This document shows positions 12,392 to 25,156 of a DNA stretch of 64,000 nucleotides, piece by piece. This DNA comes from Trichoplax adhaerens. Lineage: Eukaryota; Animalia; Placozoa. The notes below the pieces were generated by a model. That model saw nothing but the letters and a program-made list of their open reading frames with translations. It had not been told where the DNA came from and ran no database searches. Made by a program: the position numbers and the translations under genes. The stretch is taken from positions 2,065,454 to 2,129,453 of the forward strand of contig NW_002060946.1 in the NCBI RefSeq assembly GCF_000150275.1, given 5' to 3'. Every line of letters starts with the position of its first letter. Positions within the stretch are counted from its first letter, which is position 1.

Positions 12392-15300
12392 ACGTCTTTT
12401 GATCAGTTTTGTCAGCCGATATACACCCTCCAATAACATAGTAATTTTAATTTATATTGAATAGAACTGGTCAGATCACTTAACAAGATTTTGTGTCTCT
12501 TGATAGCCTTTCATGTAGCGATCTTTAAATTAGAAATACGAATAAAAAAATTGTATTGAAAGTGTTGAGTAAACTAAGTTTTGCCATGTGTGATTGTGTT
12601 TTTTTTAACTGAAATGTGTCAATAAAGTACAATTAATAGCATTCCTACTGATGCCATAAACATAGTTAGAAATTGAGTTTAGGATTTCTAATTTGATAAT
12701 TAATTTCTAGTTTGTAACAACAATTTTTTCTAATGTGGTTTGCTAAAAGATATTGTGACTCTTAAAAGTTTAACTCTTGAGGATAAGTGTACGTTTAACG
12801 AATTTACACGTTAAAACGAATATCTCTAGTTTGACAAAGTTAAAGCATTAAAATGTTTAAGCTGTTAAGAGAATCGGTATTATGAATATTTATATAGTGA
12901 AACGTCTCTACCATTTCACTTGAACTTCTGTTGTAATCTACTTAACCTTGTCAGTACGTAAAGTTATCTTTCTCTAGTTCATAATGACAGCTAAAAGCAA
13001 ATTGTATCAGTATATTCAGGGATTTGTATTATAGGGTTTACAGCTTATGTAGTGTTATAGCAATGGTAGCTATTTCAATTCTAATCATGTCTACAGATCA
13101 AAAGAGTAGAGCATGTTACTATAAAGTCATTAATTTTCATAAGATAGAACTCGCCATATAAAATATTTATGACTACATGACTAGCCAAGCCAAGCCTAGT
13201 GATATTAATAGCCTATGAGATACTAAGAACTTCCATTTATTCACCTCGTGCTATAATTTTAACTTCTAGCTTACGTTAAAACATAAAGGATGCAAATTAC
13301 AGCAGTTCTAGACACAAAATACCCTGACTCATTCCGGACAAAATTAGTTGATCACAAGCTCTCTAGTTTAATGACAGCATAGTGTAGTTTTATCTTATAA
13401 CATTTTAGTCACTAAAACGCTATGCATTAGTTATAGATAAACTCGGTAGTCGAAAAGGTACGGTAAAGTATCATTAAGTAATTGCACATGCATGATCAGT
13501 GCACAACAGACTACGAGTTGTTTGTAGCTACCTTTCAACGAAGAAGAGAAGCACGATTAACTACAGTTATTATTAGTCAATTCGAAATCTATGTAAAAAT
13601 GATCTGATTGCAATGATTCTACAGTAATAAATATACGAGCGTATATAATTAATGGATGTAGTTGCGATTTTATTCAATAAGGAGCACTCTAGCATCGGAT
13701 TAAACGATTTTACTTTAGCAATCCTTATCGTAATGTTAGCTTGCGTAAATTGAATACGTTATTCTGATTCCATTAAAACTACTAGACGGAAAATTTAAAT
13801 CAAATCCTTATTGTGCACTATTTATTTTACCATATTTCACCAAGTTTTAACGGTAAAACTGGTATCTACCAATTCCTAGTAGCAATACCAGTATTTAAGT
13901 CAATGGTCATTTCGGTTCGATTTTCATCAAGGAAATCAATTACAATTAAGAACAGTAACTACCGGTATACGAAAGTCTTGGAGGGCGATATAATTTGAGC
14001 TGAGATGTCTTTGTATGATTTAATTATTCAATAAATGAAAAATTAATCTGCTTTTACGAATTACTACGTTACTCTTTGCCAGCGTTTATCAATTTCGTGT
14101 TATAGTTCGTATACAAACTACAGTAGATAGATTATTAAAAGTATTTTAAGAAACTTCAATGCCTTCTTGTATTGCCACGTCTTGCCAAAGTTTGACTAGA
14201 AATTTCTTGACACCGGTTAATTCCTACTTATTAGTAAAAAGCCATTGAAAGTTTCAATCTTCAATACAAGGAAATTAATTAGCAATTAAAAGTAATTCGT
14301 AACTACTGTATTTGAAGTGCTGCAGTGGTGTAAAATTTGGCTGTATCATTTTGCTATTACAGATAGTTAACGGAATGTCTTACTTCAGATTAATTGACTT
14401 CCGGTACTAAAATTTTTGAAGAGAGTCCAACACCTCAAAGATGACTACCGTAAAAGAGCCGTAATCCATACCTAAAAATCATGAACTTAATTGGGAATAA
14501 TAAGTTAACAATCATAACGATAGCTTGGATATCAATAACAAATGTAATTTAGCTTCTCTCAGTATGAATTTACTTCTATATCGTCATTGCGTTATTACTC
14601 GTACGCTTGCTGGTACATTCAACTATAAAACTATGAGAGCATTTATCTTATAAGATGCGCTAAATGGGAAATGTCCAGAGCAATCCACTGGTCAGTAATC
14701 AAAATTTGATTTCAGAGATCAATGGTAAAATAATATTTATTTTAATACTATTCTCTTTCATGCTATTCTTTATATGGCTCCAGAATTATATTATCGTTTG
14801 ATAAATTAACAATTGGAATACCCATGTACCCATCGGAAGCGTAGTAATCTACATCAATTCAATTCTCATATTGTGCTATAAATATCAATTGGTTATCTGA
14901 ACATATGGCTTAGCATAATGATCGCAGCATTTCTTTATATCACAGGTCAAATAGTAGAGAAGGGCTTTATCCAGTCATTCTTCTGTTGTAATCATACTCT
15001 TTTGCGAGGAAAGTCAAGCGAATGGTTCCGAGTTATATCTCAATTTTTTTATGTATTTATAAGATCTAATTGTTTTCGGCTACTATTAATCGGAAAAAAA
15101 CTACTTTCAGGTGTAAGCTCTTTATCCGATTCTCTATTACTGTAATTATAATCTTCAGTTAAAAAAATTTAGTAGCCAGTTCTTGGCTGGAGAGAGACAG
15201 CAACTATTTTCCCAAACTTCAACATCTAGTTATTTCATAGCTATCGCTGATTCAAACATCATATATCAGGAATACCAACTCTTTCTTTGAACACTACTCT

Positions 15301-15890
15301 ACTGTAATTGGAGAAAAATCTATAGTTCAGAATCAAGAAAATAGTTCCAATTTTATAACTAATATCCATCTGAACATAGATGAGTATTAAATAAGAGTGG
15401 GTTATCATTCTATTTGTTTGAGAAGAAACTATTTATTAGAAAATCAATCAGTCAGCTTCAGCATTGCAACTAACATTAATTTGAACATATCATGTTCAAA
15501 ATTTAAATACTTTATTTTATCATCCTTTCGCTGCAATTGCAGAGAATACTTTTTAAGAAAGCCAAATAGTTAACATTGCCTTATAGCCTTGTAATCCATT
15601 AAGTTACCTTATTATAAATTCTCTATGATCCAATATTTTTTGTCGCACATGATATATATTATCGATTCGAATAATTGTGTTAAAAATAAGGTAGTTCATT
15701 CTACAATCCTTTTTTTCTACTTGTAGAGAAATATTCAATTGGAAAAGTATTTACTTCTGGCTTCTAACTTTTACTTTGCTAAATTTACAGGACTTTGGAT
15801 GCTTTTATAGGTATTGTCGATTGGAATATACTACACAAATTATTAACTTAAATTATCGGCATAAGATTTGTTAAATCTAAATAAGTTACT

Positions 15891-18687
15891 ATGTTGCAAT
15901 GGAACAATCGATTATGGAAAATAAATGTAGCATTCATCATATTAGTCACTACCCTGAAAATGACTGCAAATTGCAATGCATGGGCTCAAGTGAATAATGA
16001 TACAAGTCTTCAATCTTGCCATCCATGTCGGTTACGTTTGGTAGCAGATGATTACTGGCGATTTCGAGAAATTATCCAAAGTAGAATGGTCTATGTTGTC
16101 TACTTTAATCTTCTACAAATTAATAATACACATCTTTATTCAGTCAATAAACGGCGTGAAGATATTCAATTTGTCTGGGCTAGATTAGATTATGGCAAAT
16201 CTCTATTAACACTGCCCATGGATTATATCGTCTTATCCATGTATCTTCCCTTTATATTTCAAGATGAATTAAATCTACAGCTACAAGACTATCCATCTGG
16301 ATGCTTTCACTTCCTAAGCGATCATTGTCAGCGGCAATTAATTACTGAGACATTAATGGGCTTTACTCGAGTTGATCTTGATTGTGATGGAGGTATACGA
16401 TGTGGTACAATTTGCCAACAAAATGTAAGCCTATTACCTGGTGAGATACAGCCCGAAATTAGCTATCACTGCTGTCAAAAGATCAGAAATCGTAATGACT
16501 GTTCTATTCCTGAAGATCCATCTAAGGAAATTTATGTATTTCAGTTTTTAGCGATTATTTTAAGCATAATTTTCGCTGCAAGTATTACCTCATGGTTACT
16601 TTCTGATTCGTTGATCAATACTGTCGTGTAAGTACGATATGATTTATACTCTTAAATGTTGGATCGACAATAAATAGTTTAGTACTTATTAGCTAAGCCG
16701 TAGAAATCAATGTATGCCAGATCGATTTACACGCATATGTAAAGTTTTAGGCTGCATTTTATTAACAGTAAAAATTTTCTCGAAAATTTTTGCAGTATTT
16801 AAGATAGATCATATCCAGTTTCCAATAGCATTCTATCAGTTTCATAGAATCCATGCGATTGTGTAATATATCAACATCGATAGACTTGTATATGTCTAAA
16901 AGTAAAACTAACTCAGTTAGCAGGTAATGTCTAAGGGAATTTAATCTTGTCGATTTCAAATTAGATACCGAAGAAATGATGAATGGCATCATATTCGGGC
17001 TTTAAAATTGCGTCTACTAACAGCTCAGGAAGAAAGTACAAGCTGGAGAATAAAGAGACTTTTGAATAAAGTCTTTAATTATTGCCCAAATCATCCTCTT
17101 AATTTTATAATTATCAATATTCTATCATTACTGTGTAGTTTGCTTTCAATATGGTCGCAATTATATCCTTATGTCTTTCAGCCGTGGTCTTTGGCTGATC
17201 ATTTATCAATACCAATTTTAGGCTATGCCGCCTATTTTACAATATACACTTTCTATACTACCGCTACCTTTGTCGTCTTGTTTCCATTTTTATCATTATG
17301 TGTATCGGATGGGCAACGACGTTTGAATGCAATAGCAAATAGCAGCTTAATATTAAACGATGGCCAATTTAGTCTAAAATTATTATTAATGAAGCAATAT
17401 CAGTGCTGGAAGGCTTTATTATCATGTCACTGTCAGCATGTCCAGTTAGTGATTTGGAATTTAATCAAATCTCTCATTTTAATATTAATTACCTTACCCT
17501 TTACGATAATAAACGAAATACCGATGATATCCTTCATCTTTTGGAAAGCCACTACCTTAACGATGACAGTTGGTGAAATATTTAAAGCTCAATGTTATGA
17601 ATCCAGTTGCTCCCAATGGTTATTTTATTTATATTATATATCTGCATTACTCTATGTTTCTCTCTCTGTTTTGGGGTTTTGCTTATTTTTCCAATTCTTA
17701 TCACGTTTAATATTGACAACCATTGCATTTGTTATAGCTTATGCCAGTTACTTTGCTGTTTATATTGCATTAGTGATTCCATTCAGTTATCTCTGCTTTA
17801 AGTTAGTACATTTATATTCTAGTGAGAAAATATCATTAAGTGACGATATTATTGGGCTTGAAAGTGAAGTTAATGAAGAACTAAATAAGTTACTGACTGC
17901 AGATGACGGCCAAGTAGTTGTTTATTTAGCCATTGAAGATGGCCTGGTGGAAGTTGATGTACCAGAATGTTTCAAATGTATTCAACAGCAGTTTCGCGAT
18001 GAATTAATTTATGCAGTCTCACATCAACCGATGAAATTTGCTAATGGTGTCTATAAATTGACTGTTCACTTTGTCAAGGAAGAGCAAGGCAGTTATACGG
18101 TGACAATGTCAGAATTAGGTGAAGAATTTGATGAGTTAGAAGAAACTATTAAAAGTGCTCTAATGGAACGAAGTAATCAAAATTTACAAGATAAAATCCG
18201 TCAAGTTTACTATCAAATTATAGATGAAACTGTTGATCATCAGCGTTCTACTCATCACTTTAGCTGCACTCGCCCTATTGGCATTCCATGTGAATTATAT
18301 CATTTTCTATCAAGTCATTCACCTAAAATTACTACCAATTTATGGACGCTAGGTTGTCGCCTAATCTTTACGTTAATTCTACTAATTGCTATGATTTTAG
18401 GAGTTAATGAATTTCAATATGGTAATAGTTTCACCGCTATGACTGCTACATTTACCGGTATAACCATTTCATCATCATTAGTCTATCTAATTGTCAAGTA
18501 TATCCAGCGTAGTAAATTACAAGGCGAAAAACGTAAAGATCTTATTAAAAAATATCTCGTTGACTATGCTAGAGGCTACCGATTCTTTTATCAGCAAGGT
18601 AATCCTATTAATGCTTATACCGATCAATACAACCAGACTTTATCACTGCATCAATCTCCATCTTTGGATCATTATCAGACTGCGTAA
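15891..18687 (+). CDS. Uncharacterised multipass membrane protein (~819 aa) with a Cys-rich ectodomain
   Basis: ORF 15891-16627 (hydrophobic leader, Cys-rich region, first TM) joins in frame through the GT..AG intron 16628-16964 to 16965-18687, which holds many hydrophobic segments, an acidic soluble insert and two final TM segments. Confidence 0.8.
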
Positions 18688-20744
18688 TGGCATTTTATCT
18701 TCAATTCCATGTGATCTTAAATTTTATTTTTAATCCTTTATACAAAAGCCAAATTTTATCAACACGGCTGTAATGTATCCGGCTGAGGACAGTTTCTAAG
18801 AACACAGAATTATTGGCATACAAGTTACAGCTGCATTGCTATTACTTACATTATGTATGGCATCAAGTGCGTTATAATATCTCCTAATATATCTTATCAT
18901 TAACACTATCTTTACTGTCTTCCTACACATAATAACGGCAAGCTACATCTATTAATAGATGTTAGTATGTATAGTAACATTCTATCCTTAGCTCAATTTC
19001 ATTTCTGAATTTATTTTTTAAATCGCAATATTTCGTACTCATAGCTAAATTGCATCAATGCATTATGTGCCATCTTTTTGACCATTTTAGGCTGCATAAT
19101 ATTAGTCTATTGTAGTTTGATTTTATCCTTGAATTTTATTCTTACATGGCGACCATACTTGTAAACAAAAACGAGATCAGCACACCAGATTCCATTCCTT
19201 GATCATGATATCAATTTGCATGATTCTAATCTATCTCTAAATTTATTCTTAAACCACATATATCAACGCATCAAGTCCTATCTCTTGATCAATTTATAAT
19301 GTCGTACTTAAATATCATCTTTAAATTTATTCTTAAATTTTGATTTTTATTACAATAAGATTGTATCGACGAATCAGATATCGTCTCTCAATGAAAACCA
19401 ATCTGCAGAATAATATTGTTTAGTAGTTTGATTTCATATTTGACTTTATTCTTAGGATATAGACTCGATCAACACAATTAAATTCAACAACGTATCCAAC
19501 GCTATCTCGTGATTATTATATTATTATCATTTTATCATGATATCTCTTAATTCGTCGTCTTTTCAATTTTTCATCTTTAATTCATACCCTTCCTACGTTC
19601 TGAAGAAGCGGGTGACATTGAACATTTACTAACGAAAATGATTAATCGCTCTAACATGAGTTGGTATATTATTCGTTAATGAAAATGTTTACAATTAAAA
19701 TTGCTACTGCATCGCTATATGAAATTATGCATTGTAAAAGTAAAATTAGCTCTTCTATTCCTGTATTTCTGTTGCTATTCTTAGGCATGAACAACATGAC
19801 TATTAGCGCAATTATTATTAGGATTATCTTAGACTTAAAATATTGAGTCATGTAATGTAATCATCTCTTATACTTGCATGCTTATTGTCAAAAATGTCTA
19901 CAAAACTGGGCGCTATAGCTGTTTCAGTTTATCTTTGCAGTATTGTAAAGGGATGAACATCTCAACCCCATTCCTTTCTATAACAAATTTCTATCAGTAT
20001 AGAGTCTATGGCATTATCACTTTCTTAACAATTAACTTGCAACCTAGATTACTGATATTGGTCAATGTGCTAGAATGTAATCTGGCATCAAATTGCAACT
20101 ACGTGTGGTAGACGCTCAAAGTGCAACATATGCATTACATGAGCAATCTTTGCATGATTAACTGACTCTGCTAGATTGTTCATATATCATTAACGCTATA
20201 ATTATTTTACTATCAATACTATTCACTTTAATTAAAAGGCAAAAGATAGCCTCTGTAATAAAGTACACAATATGCAGTTACCGAGCATGAGAAATCAAAA
20301 TATCTACGTAAACTAGGGTTCATTTCAATGTACATCAACTACCAGAGTCCAATATTTTAGATATTCCTTAAAACAGTTATACTCTGTGGAAATTGTATTA
20401 AAAAATCTGTCTTGTTAGTTTTGTCATTATGAAATGGCATTTTAGAATTTATCTATGTTTGCTTCTATATGTACAATATATAATTCACTTAAATTTTATT
20501 CGTCTATAGTTATCTGAGCATCTACAGAGGCTCGAATTTGTACGATATTTTGTACTGAGAAACAAAGAAATGAAGTAACGTGATAGAAAGCCTGCACAAC
20601 TCCATAAATTGCTAAAAAGGGAATGTAGTTTCTAGTAAAGCAGATGCTCATTAGTACGGTGTAGAAAAGTTCGATTTACATCCGTAATTATAAATTGTTG
20701 GCTTAGTTAGTTTAGCAGCTTTCTATAAACCAAGATCTTGAAGT

Positions 20745-21210
20745 TTATGAAATTAGTCTACTTTAATGGGAAATATGCCTTCTACTAGGAGAATATTGAT
20801 TGATAAACTTTATAAAATTATCCTTATGTAAAGGGTTGCCTTAAAGGTTATGATGTTGATTTGTCTTAATAGGAAATATGCCTGCCAATAACAAGGGATT
20901 GATTAGTACAGGTTGAAAATTTCATTTCATCCTTAATTTTGGATTATTAGCTTTGTAAAATTATGTAACTCTATACGCGAATTTCAAAGGTTATAAAGCA
21001 TTAGTTTATTTTCGTTCTCAAAATATTTAAAGCTTTAATTTCACTCTTAACCTTGGATTGCTAACTTTATAAAAATTTTAAACTCTGTATCTTAAAGGTT
21101 ATAGATTGCAATATTAACCTGTCATTGTTCTCGAAGGTGATTGAACTTTGGAACACTATTTTTTATAAAATTCTAAACTCAATACACCTTATAAAAGGTT
21201 ATGGGATATA
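20745..21210. repeat. Degenerate ~100-140-bp tandem repeat
   Basis: GGAAATATGCCT at 20769 and 20872; AAAGGTTAT near 20843, 20986, 21094 and 21195, with recurring CTTTATAAAA/AACTCT blocks. Confidence 0.55.
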
Positions 21211-21339
21211 ACCCTGTCTCGAGGATGATTACATAACTTTCATGTATTCTAATAACAATGGACAGTCAGTGTAGATAGATCTTTAAGGTAAGAGAAAAGA
21301 AGAAAGCACGTTCATAGTACAGAAAGAAAATATCATTAT

Positions 21340-21835
21340 AAGCAACTGCGGTCCTGCTGTACGTTCTACAGTATCAGTGTTACGTTTTCGAAACTCCTCT
21401 ACTTTGTAATAAGGAAGATTTGCTAGAAATCCCTAGACGAACCCAGTAGAGCGAGAAAATTGAACTAAACTTCATTGTTCTTAATACTATACCGTTAGCA
21501 GTCGAACAAAGCTAGCGGTTTACTAACGGCATGTTACAAATACCATGGGTACGGTATTGAGTTTGATAGTCTTTCGTCATTACTCTAATTATTGATATGG
21601 TCTTGAATCTTTCAGTGGACATAGTTGACAGACAGACACAAATTTGTTGAAAAGAAATTCAAATATTACTTCTAAAAGCCTCTCAACTCTAAGCATAGAG
21701 TTCAAAATGAAACTATTATTCCTGTATGGTTTTAAACTGTTAAAGTATAGTATTCAATGGTGAGTAAGAGAACAGCAACAAGGCTTTCTTTGTCCTACTA
21801 CAGTTCATTACAGCAATGTAGCAGGAACTACTAAA
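21340..21835 (+). ncRNA. Candidate structured non-coding element E2
   Basis: AATACTATAC 21483-21492/GTATAGTATT 21745-21754 encloses CCGTTAG/CTAACGG (21492-21529) and AACTCTA-AGCA-TAGAGTT (21685-21702). Also CTCTACT/AGTAGAG (21397-21451) and TTACA-GCAA-TGTAG (21808-21821, GNRA loop). Confidence 0.4.
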
Positions 21836-21884
21836 AAAAGATTTTCTTTTCTCTCTTTCTTTCTCTTATTAATTAATTATTATT

Positions 21885-22210
21885 ATACAGTACTGTACTG
21901 TATGAATCTTGAATGGAACTCGTAGGCTTACTGTCCAGTCCAGTATCGTAGTCAGAATGTACTGTACAGTACAGGACTAAAGTGCAGTGTACAGTACAAT
22001 CCACTGTAATAGCGTATTGTTACTGTCCAATCCAGTACAGTATCGTAGTCAGAATGTACTGTACAGTGTACAGTACGTACATTGTACAATCCACTGTAGT
22101 AGCGTACTGTAAACAGAGGCAGCGATCAAAGAACAGACTGGGATATGACGAATGTTCAGCGTCGCGTATAGTACAGCAATGAGGTATTGCGTACTGTACG
22201 CGACTGTATA
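21885..22210. promoter_or_regulatory. TACAGTA/TACTGTA cluster with an internal ~90-bp duplication, 5' of the F-box gene
   Basis: Motif cluster. CAGTATCGTAGTCAGAATGTACTGTACAGT and GTACAATCCACTGTA each occur twice about 90 nt apart. Followed by an acceptor-like polypyrimidine-TAG at 22254 and an exon ending ATGGATGCCGTAGTCAAG|GTAAGC at 22424. Confidence 0.6.
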
Positions 22211-23407
22211 TGACTAGTGTGGTGCTTCCATTTCTTTATTCATTTCACTTTTAGGCCTTTTAGCCAAACAGAAAAGAAAGACCAACGCTACCAGCGGAAA
22301 TATTGCGGATGAGATCGCTTCCATGACGTTATTTGAAAATTGCTATGCTAGCTAGTATGGAGAATTTGTGATCAAATTTTCACAGAACGCAAGATAATCT
22401 TCTTCAATGGATGCCGTAGTCAAGGTAAGCGATTTGTTTTGATACTGACCGTTGTACATTCTTCTGGAGTGGACTGTGCTCAATAGCTAATTAATTCTTG
22501 ACTGGTGTAAAGTCAACACTAGTGCCTACGGTACGTCAATATACCCAGTCCTGTACTTTATTGACAACGCCACATTGGATAGCCTTCAATATTTATTGTA
22601 TCAGTTATATCACCATTTCAAACTGGGGAATGAATTGCTATTTCAGTGGAAACTGATGTATTCTATATCAATCAATTATTCTACCACAGTTTAGCCCTTT
22701 TTTATCAGTAGATTTTGGACCCAAATCGGTTTTATACGAAACAGTAAATATAGAACGCAAGTCAAACAACTATTTGCCTATCGATAACAGACAGTGTTCA
22801 CTGAAAACTTGCTTATGATTGCATTTCAAGTGGATGTCTAGTAGAGATAGAAAGTATTAAAATTCGGATTTATTGTATTGTAAGACTATAAAGCTTCCTG
22901 CAGAATTATATGGGAGCAGTATTCTCCAAGCAGGCATGATCGCTTTTATGCAACATAATTCATGGAGTATCGCTAGGGTTCAGTATAAAGCAGTAGTACT
23001 GTACGCGTACGTAACCTGCTGGTATGTAGTTTCCAAGAAGTACCAGTTCAGCACCAATACCTTTACCTTTAATTACTACAGTACAATACCCAACATTTCC
23101 TCATTAGCACTATACCGTAAGTACTGTACGGTACAGTAGAAAAGCAACTTCGTCATCAGCTGCTTACGCGATACGATATACTTTGAACAACGCCATGAAC
23201 TTGGGTGGCATTAAGGAAATTAAACTGTGTAGGCTAAATCAACCTCCAAGCCGATAAAATCTTATATGGAGATGTAGCCCAATAACTCATATCGATTTTC
23301 AACAGGAGTGTTAACAAATTGCAATATTCAATGTTCCACGCCATCGAAGTTAATCGCGCTGTACTGCGCACTCAGTGTACTATATGGACGGGCTAGTACA
23401 GCACTTA

Positions 23408-23822
23408 GACTCGACTTGTACTTTGCATCACTGTTGCACACTTGAAATTCAATAACTACTTTGACTGTTAATATAAATTCATCAATTAATTTGAACTAGA
23501 ATTGTACAGCAATTGGACTCGACGTGTACTTTGCATCGCTGTTGCACACTTGCAATTCAATAACTATTTTGACTGTTAATTCATCAATTAACTTGAACTA
23601 GAATTGTACAGCAATTGGACTCGACGTGTAATTTGCATCGCTGTTGCACAATTGAAATTCAATAACTATTTTGACTGTTAATATAAATTAATCAATTAGT
23701 TTGAACTAGAATTGTACAGCAATTGGATTCGACGTGTACTTTGCATCACTGTTGCACACTTGGAATTCAATAACTATTTTGACTGTTAATATAAATTCAT
23801 CAATTAGTTTGAACTAGAATTG
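23408..23822. repeat. Minisatellite, ~108-bp unit x ~4
   Basis: Units begin at 23408, 23516, 23618 and 23726 (GACTCGACGTGTACTTTGCATC...TTGAACTAGAATTGTACAGCAATTG). They are near-identical; unit 2 has a 6-nt deletion. Confidence 0.95.
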
Positions 23823-25156
23823 CCACGACCAGATTGTATTCCTTCATATGCCTAATAGAGTCCATAAACACAGATTATGAGTTTGAAACAGTTTCATTGA
23901 TAAAGTCTTGAGATCTTCTCATTACCAATGATCATCAGAGTCAATTTGAAATATTGCTTGCCTGCTTGAATAAATGGGCCAGTAGTATACTGTATACAGT
24001 GTTTTGAGTTTTGTATAAACGTGCTATCCTCTACAATTATGTAGACTAGAATAGTGCAATCTCGATTGCTAGAGGTTATAGCAGTACAAACGCAAGTAAA
24101 CTGCCAAAATTCAACGAATATGACAAAGTCATTAAATTGAATGTTGTCATCATTTCCACCACTATGGCTTAAAGGGAATCCATGGTGTCACAGTCGTAGT
24201 AAAATAAAATCGCACCCAGAACCACGCATGCTATGTTTAGAACAAATTGAAGAATGAGATAACAAGAATTTAATTTTCTTCAAGTACCAATGATACTGTA
24301 CACAAAATTATGCATTAATATAAAATGCTGCATTTCTTTACAGTACATTAGTAAATGTAGGTTAGCGTAATTATTTATAAGGTAGATGCATCCCTTGTAC
24401 ACGTCATACTTACTTAAAATCTTCAGCTAGAAATGAGAGTAAAGGATACCATAGGCATAGATTGTGGCATAAAAATGAATATACTGTAAATGCAAGCGAT
24501 TAATGTAACCCATTAATGTAATACAGTGAACAACGATGCCATGGACACTAATCAAATTTGCTAGTCCATTAAGAAAATATGATTTTCAACTGAATGAAGA
24601 GAGAATTGAACGTAATTAGGAAGAAGTATGACTCTTTGGTACCGATACATCGGGTTCATCATTTTTAAGGATTCTTTAGGAAATATCCAATAAAATAATC
24701 TATTACGCGTATAATGCTATTAGGTATTAATCTCGCTTCACGTACATTATGCAAACTAATAAAATTTCAAAAGCTAACCTTTTCCAGATGAATCGGACTT
24801 CTGTAATTAACAGCGACGGATAACTTAAATATCTCGAGATGCTTTCTGTTAGATAGCCTATTAACTTACAATGCCTCGCAACTTGCAACTAGTTCTTCGA
24901 CATCTGATTAAACATTTCAGACTTTAGTAGCAGCAGTCGAGATCATTCGAAAATTACCTTCAGATATCGGTATAATATTGCAGATAAGATGGTAAATTTT
25001 GATATTACTTCTGAAGTCAAAGAGATATATAGAAGTAGATACAATTTATGTCAATTCTTCGCAGTATAGTTATTTGGGTAGATAGTAATTCTAATCCTTA
25101 TTTACCTCCTACTATTGATAAACTGCAATTTTTGCCTTTGTACTTATGATTAATAG

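Noticed and set aside
16848-16923. Extra exon in the membrane-protein gene
   Set aside because: The entry phase does not fit exon 1 and it would need a 41-nt intron; direct 16627-16965 splicing keeps the frame.
19120-19460. Recurrent TTTATTCTTA motif at ~80-115-nt spacing
   Set aside because: Too degenerate and AT-rich to define a repeat unit confidently.
23408-23822. CRISPR-like array (also 43083-43835)
   Set aside because: Whole units repeat with no unique spacers, the context is eukaryotic, and there are no cas genes.
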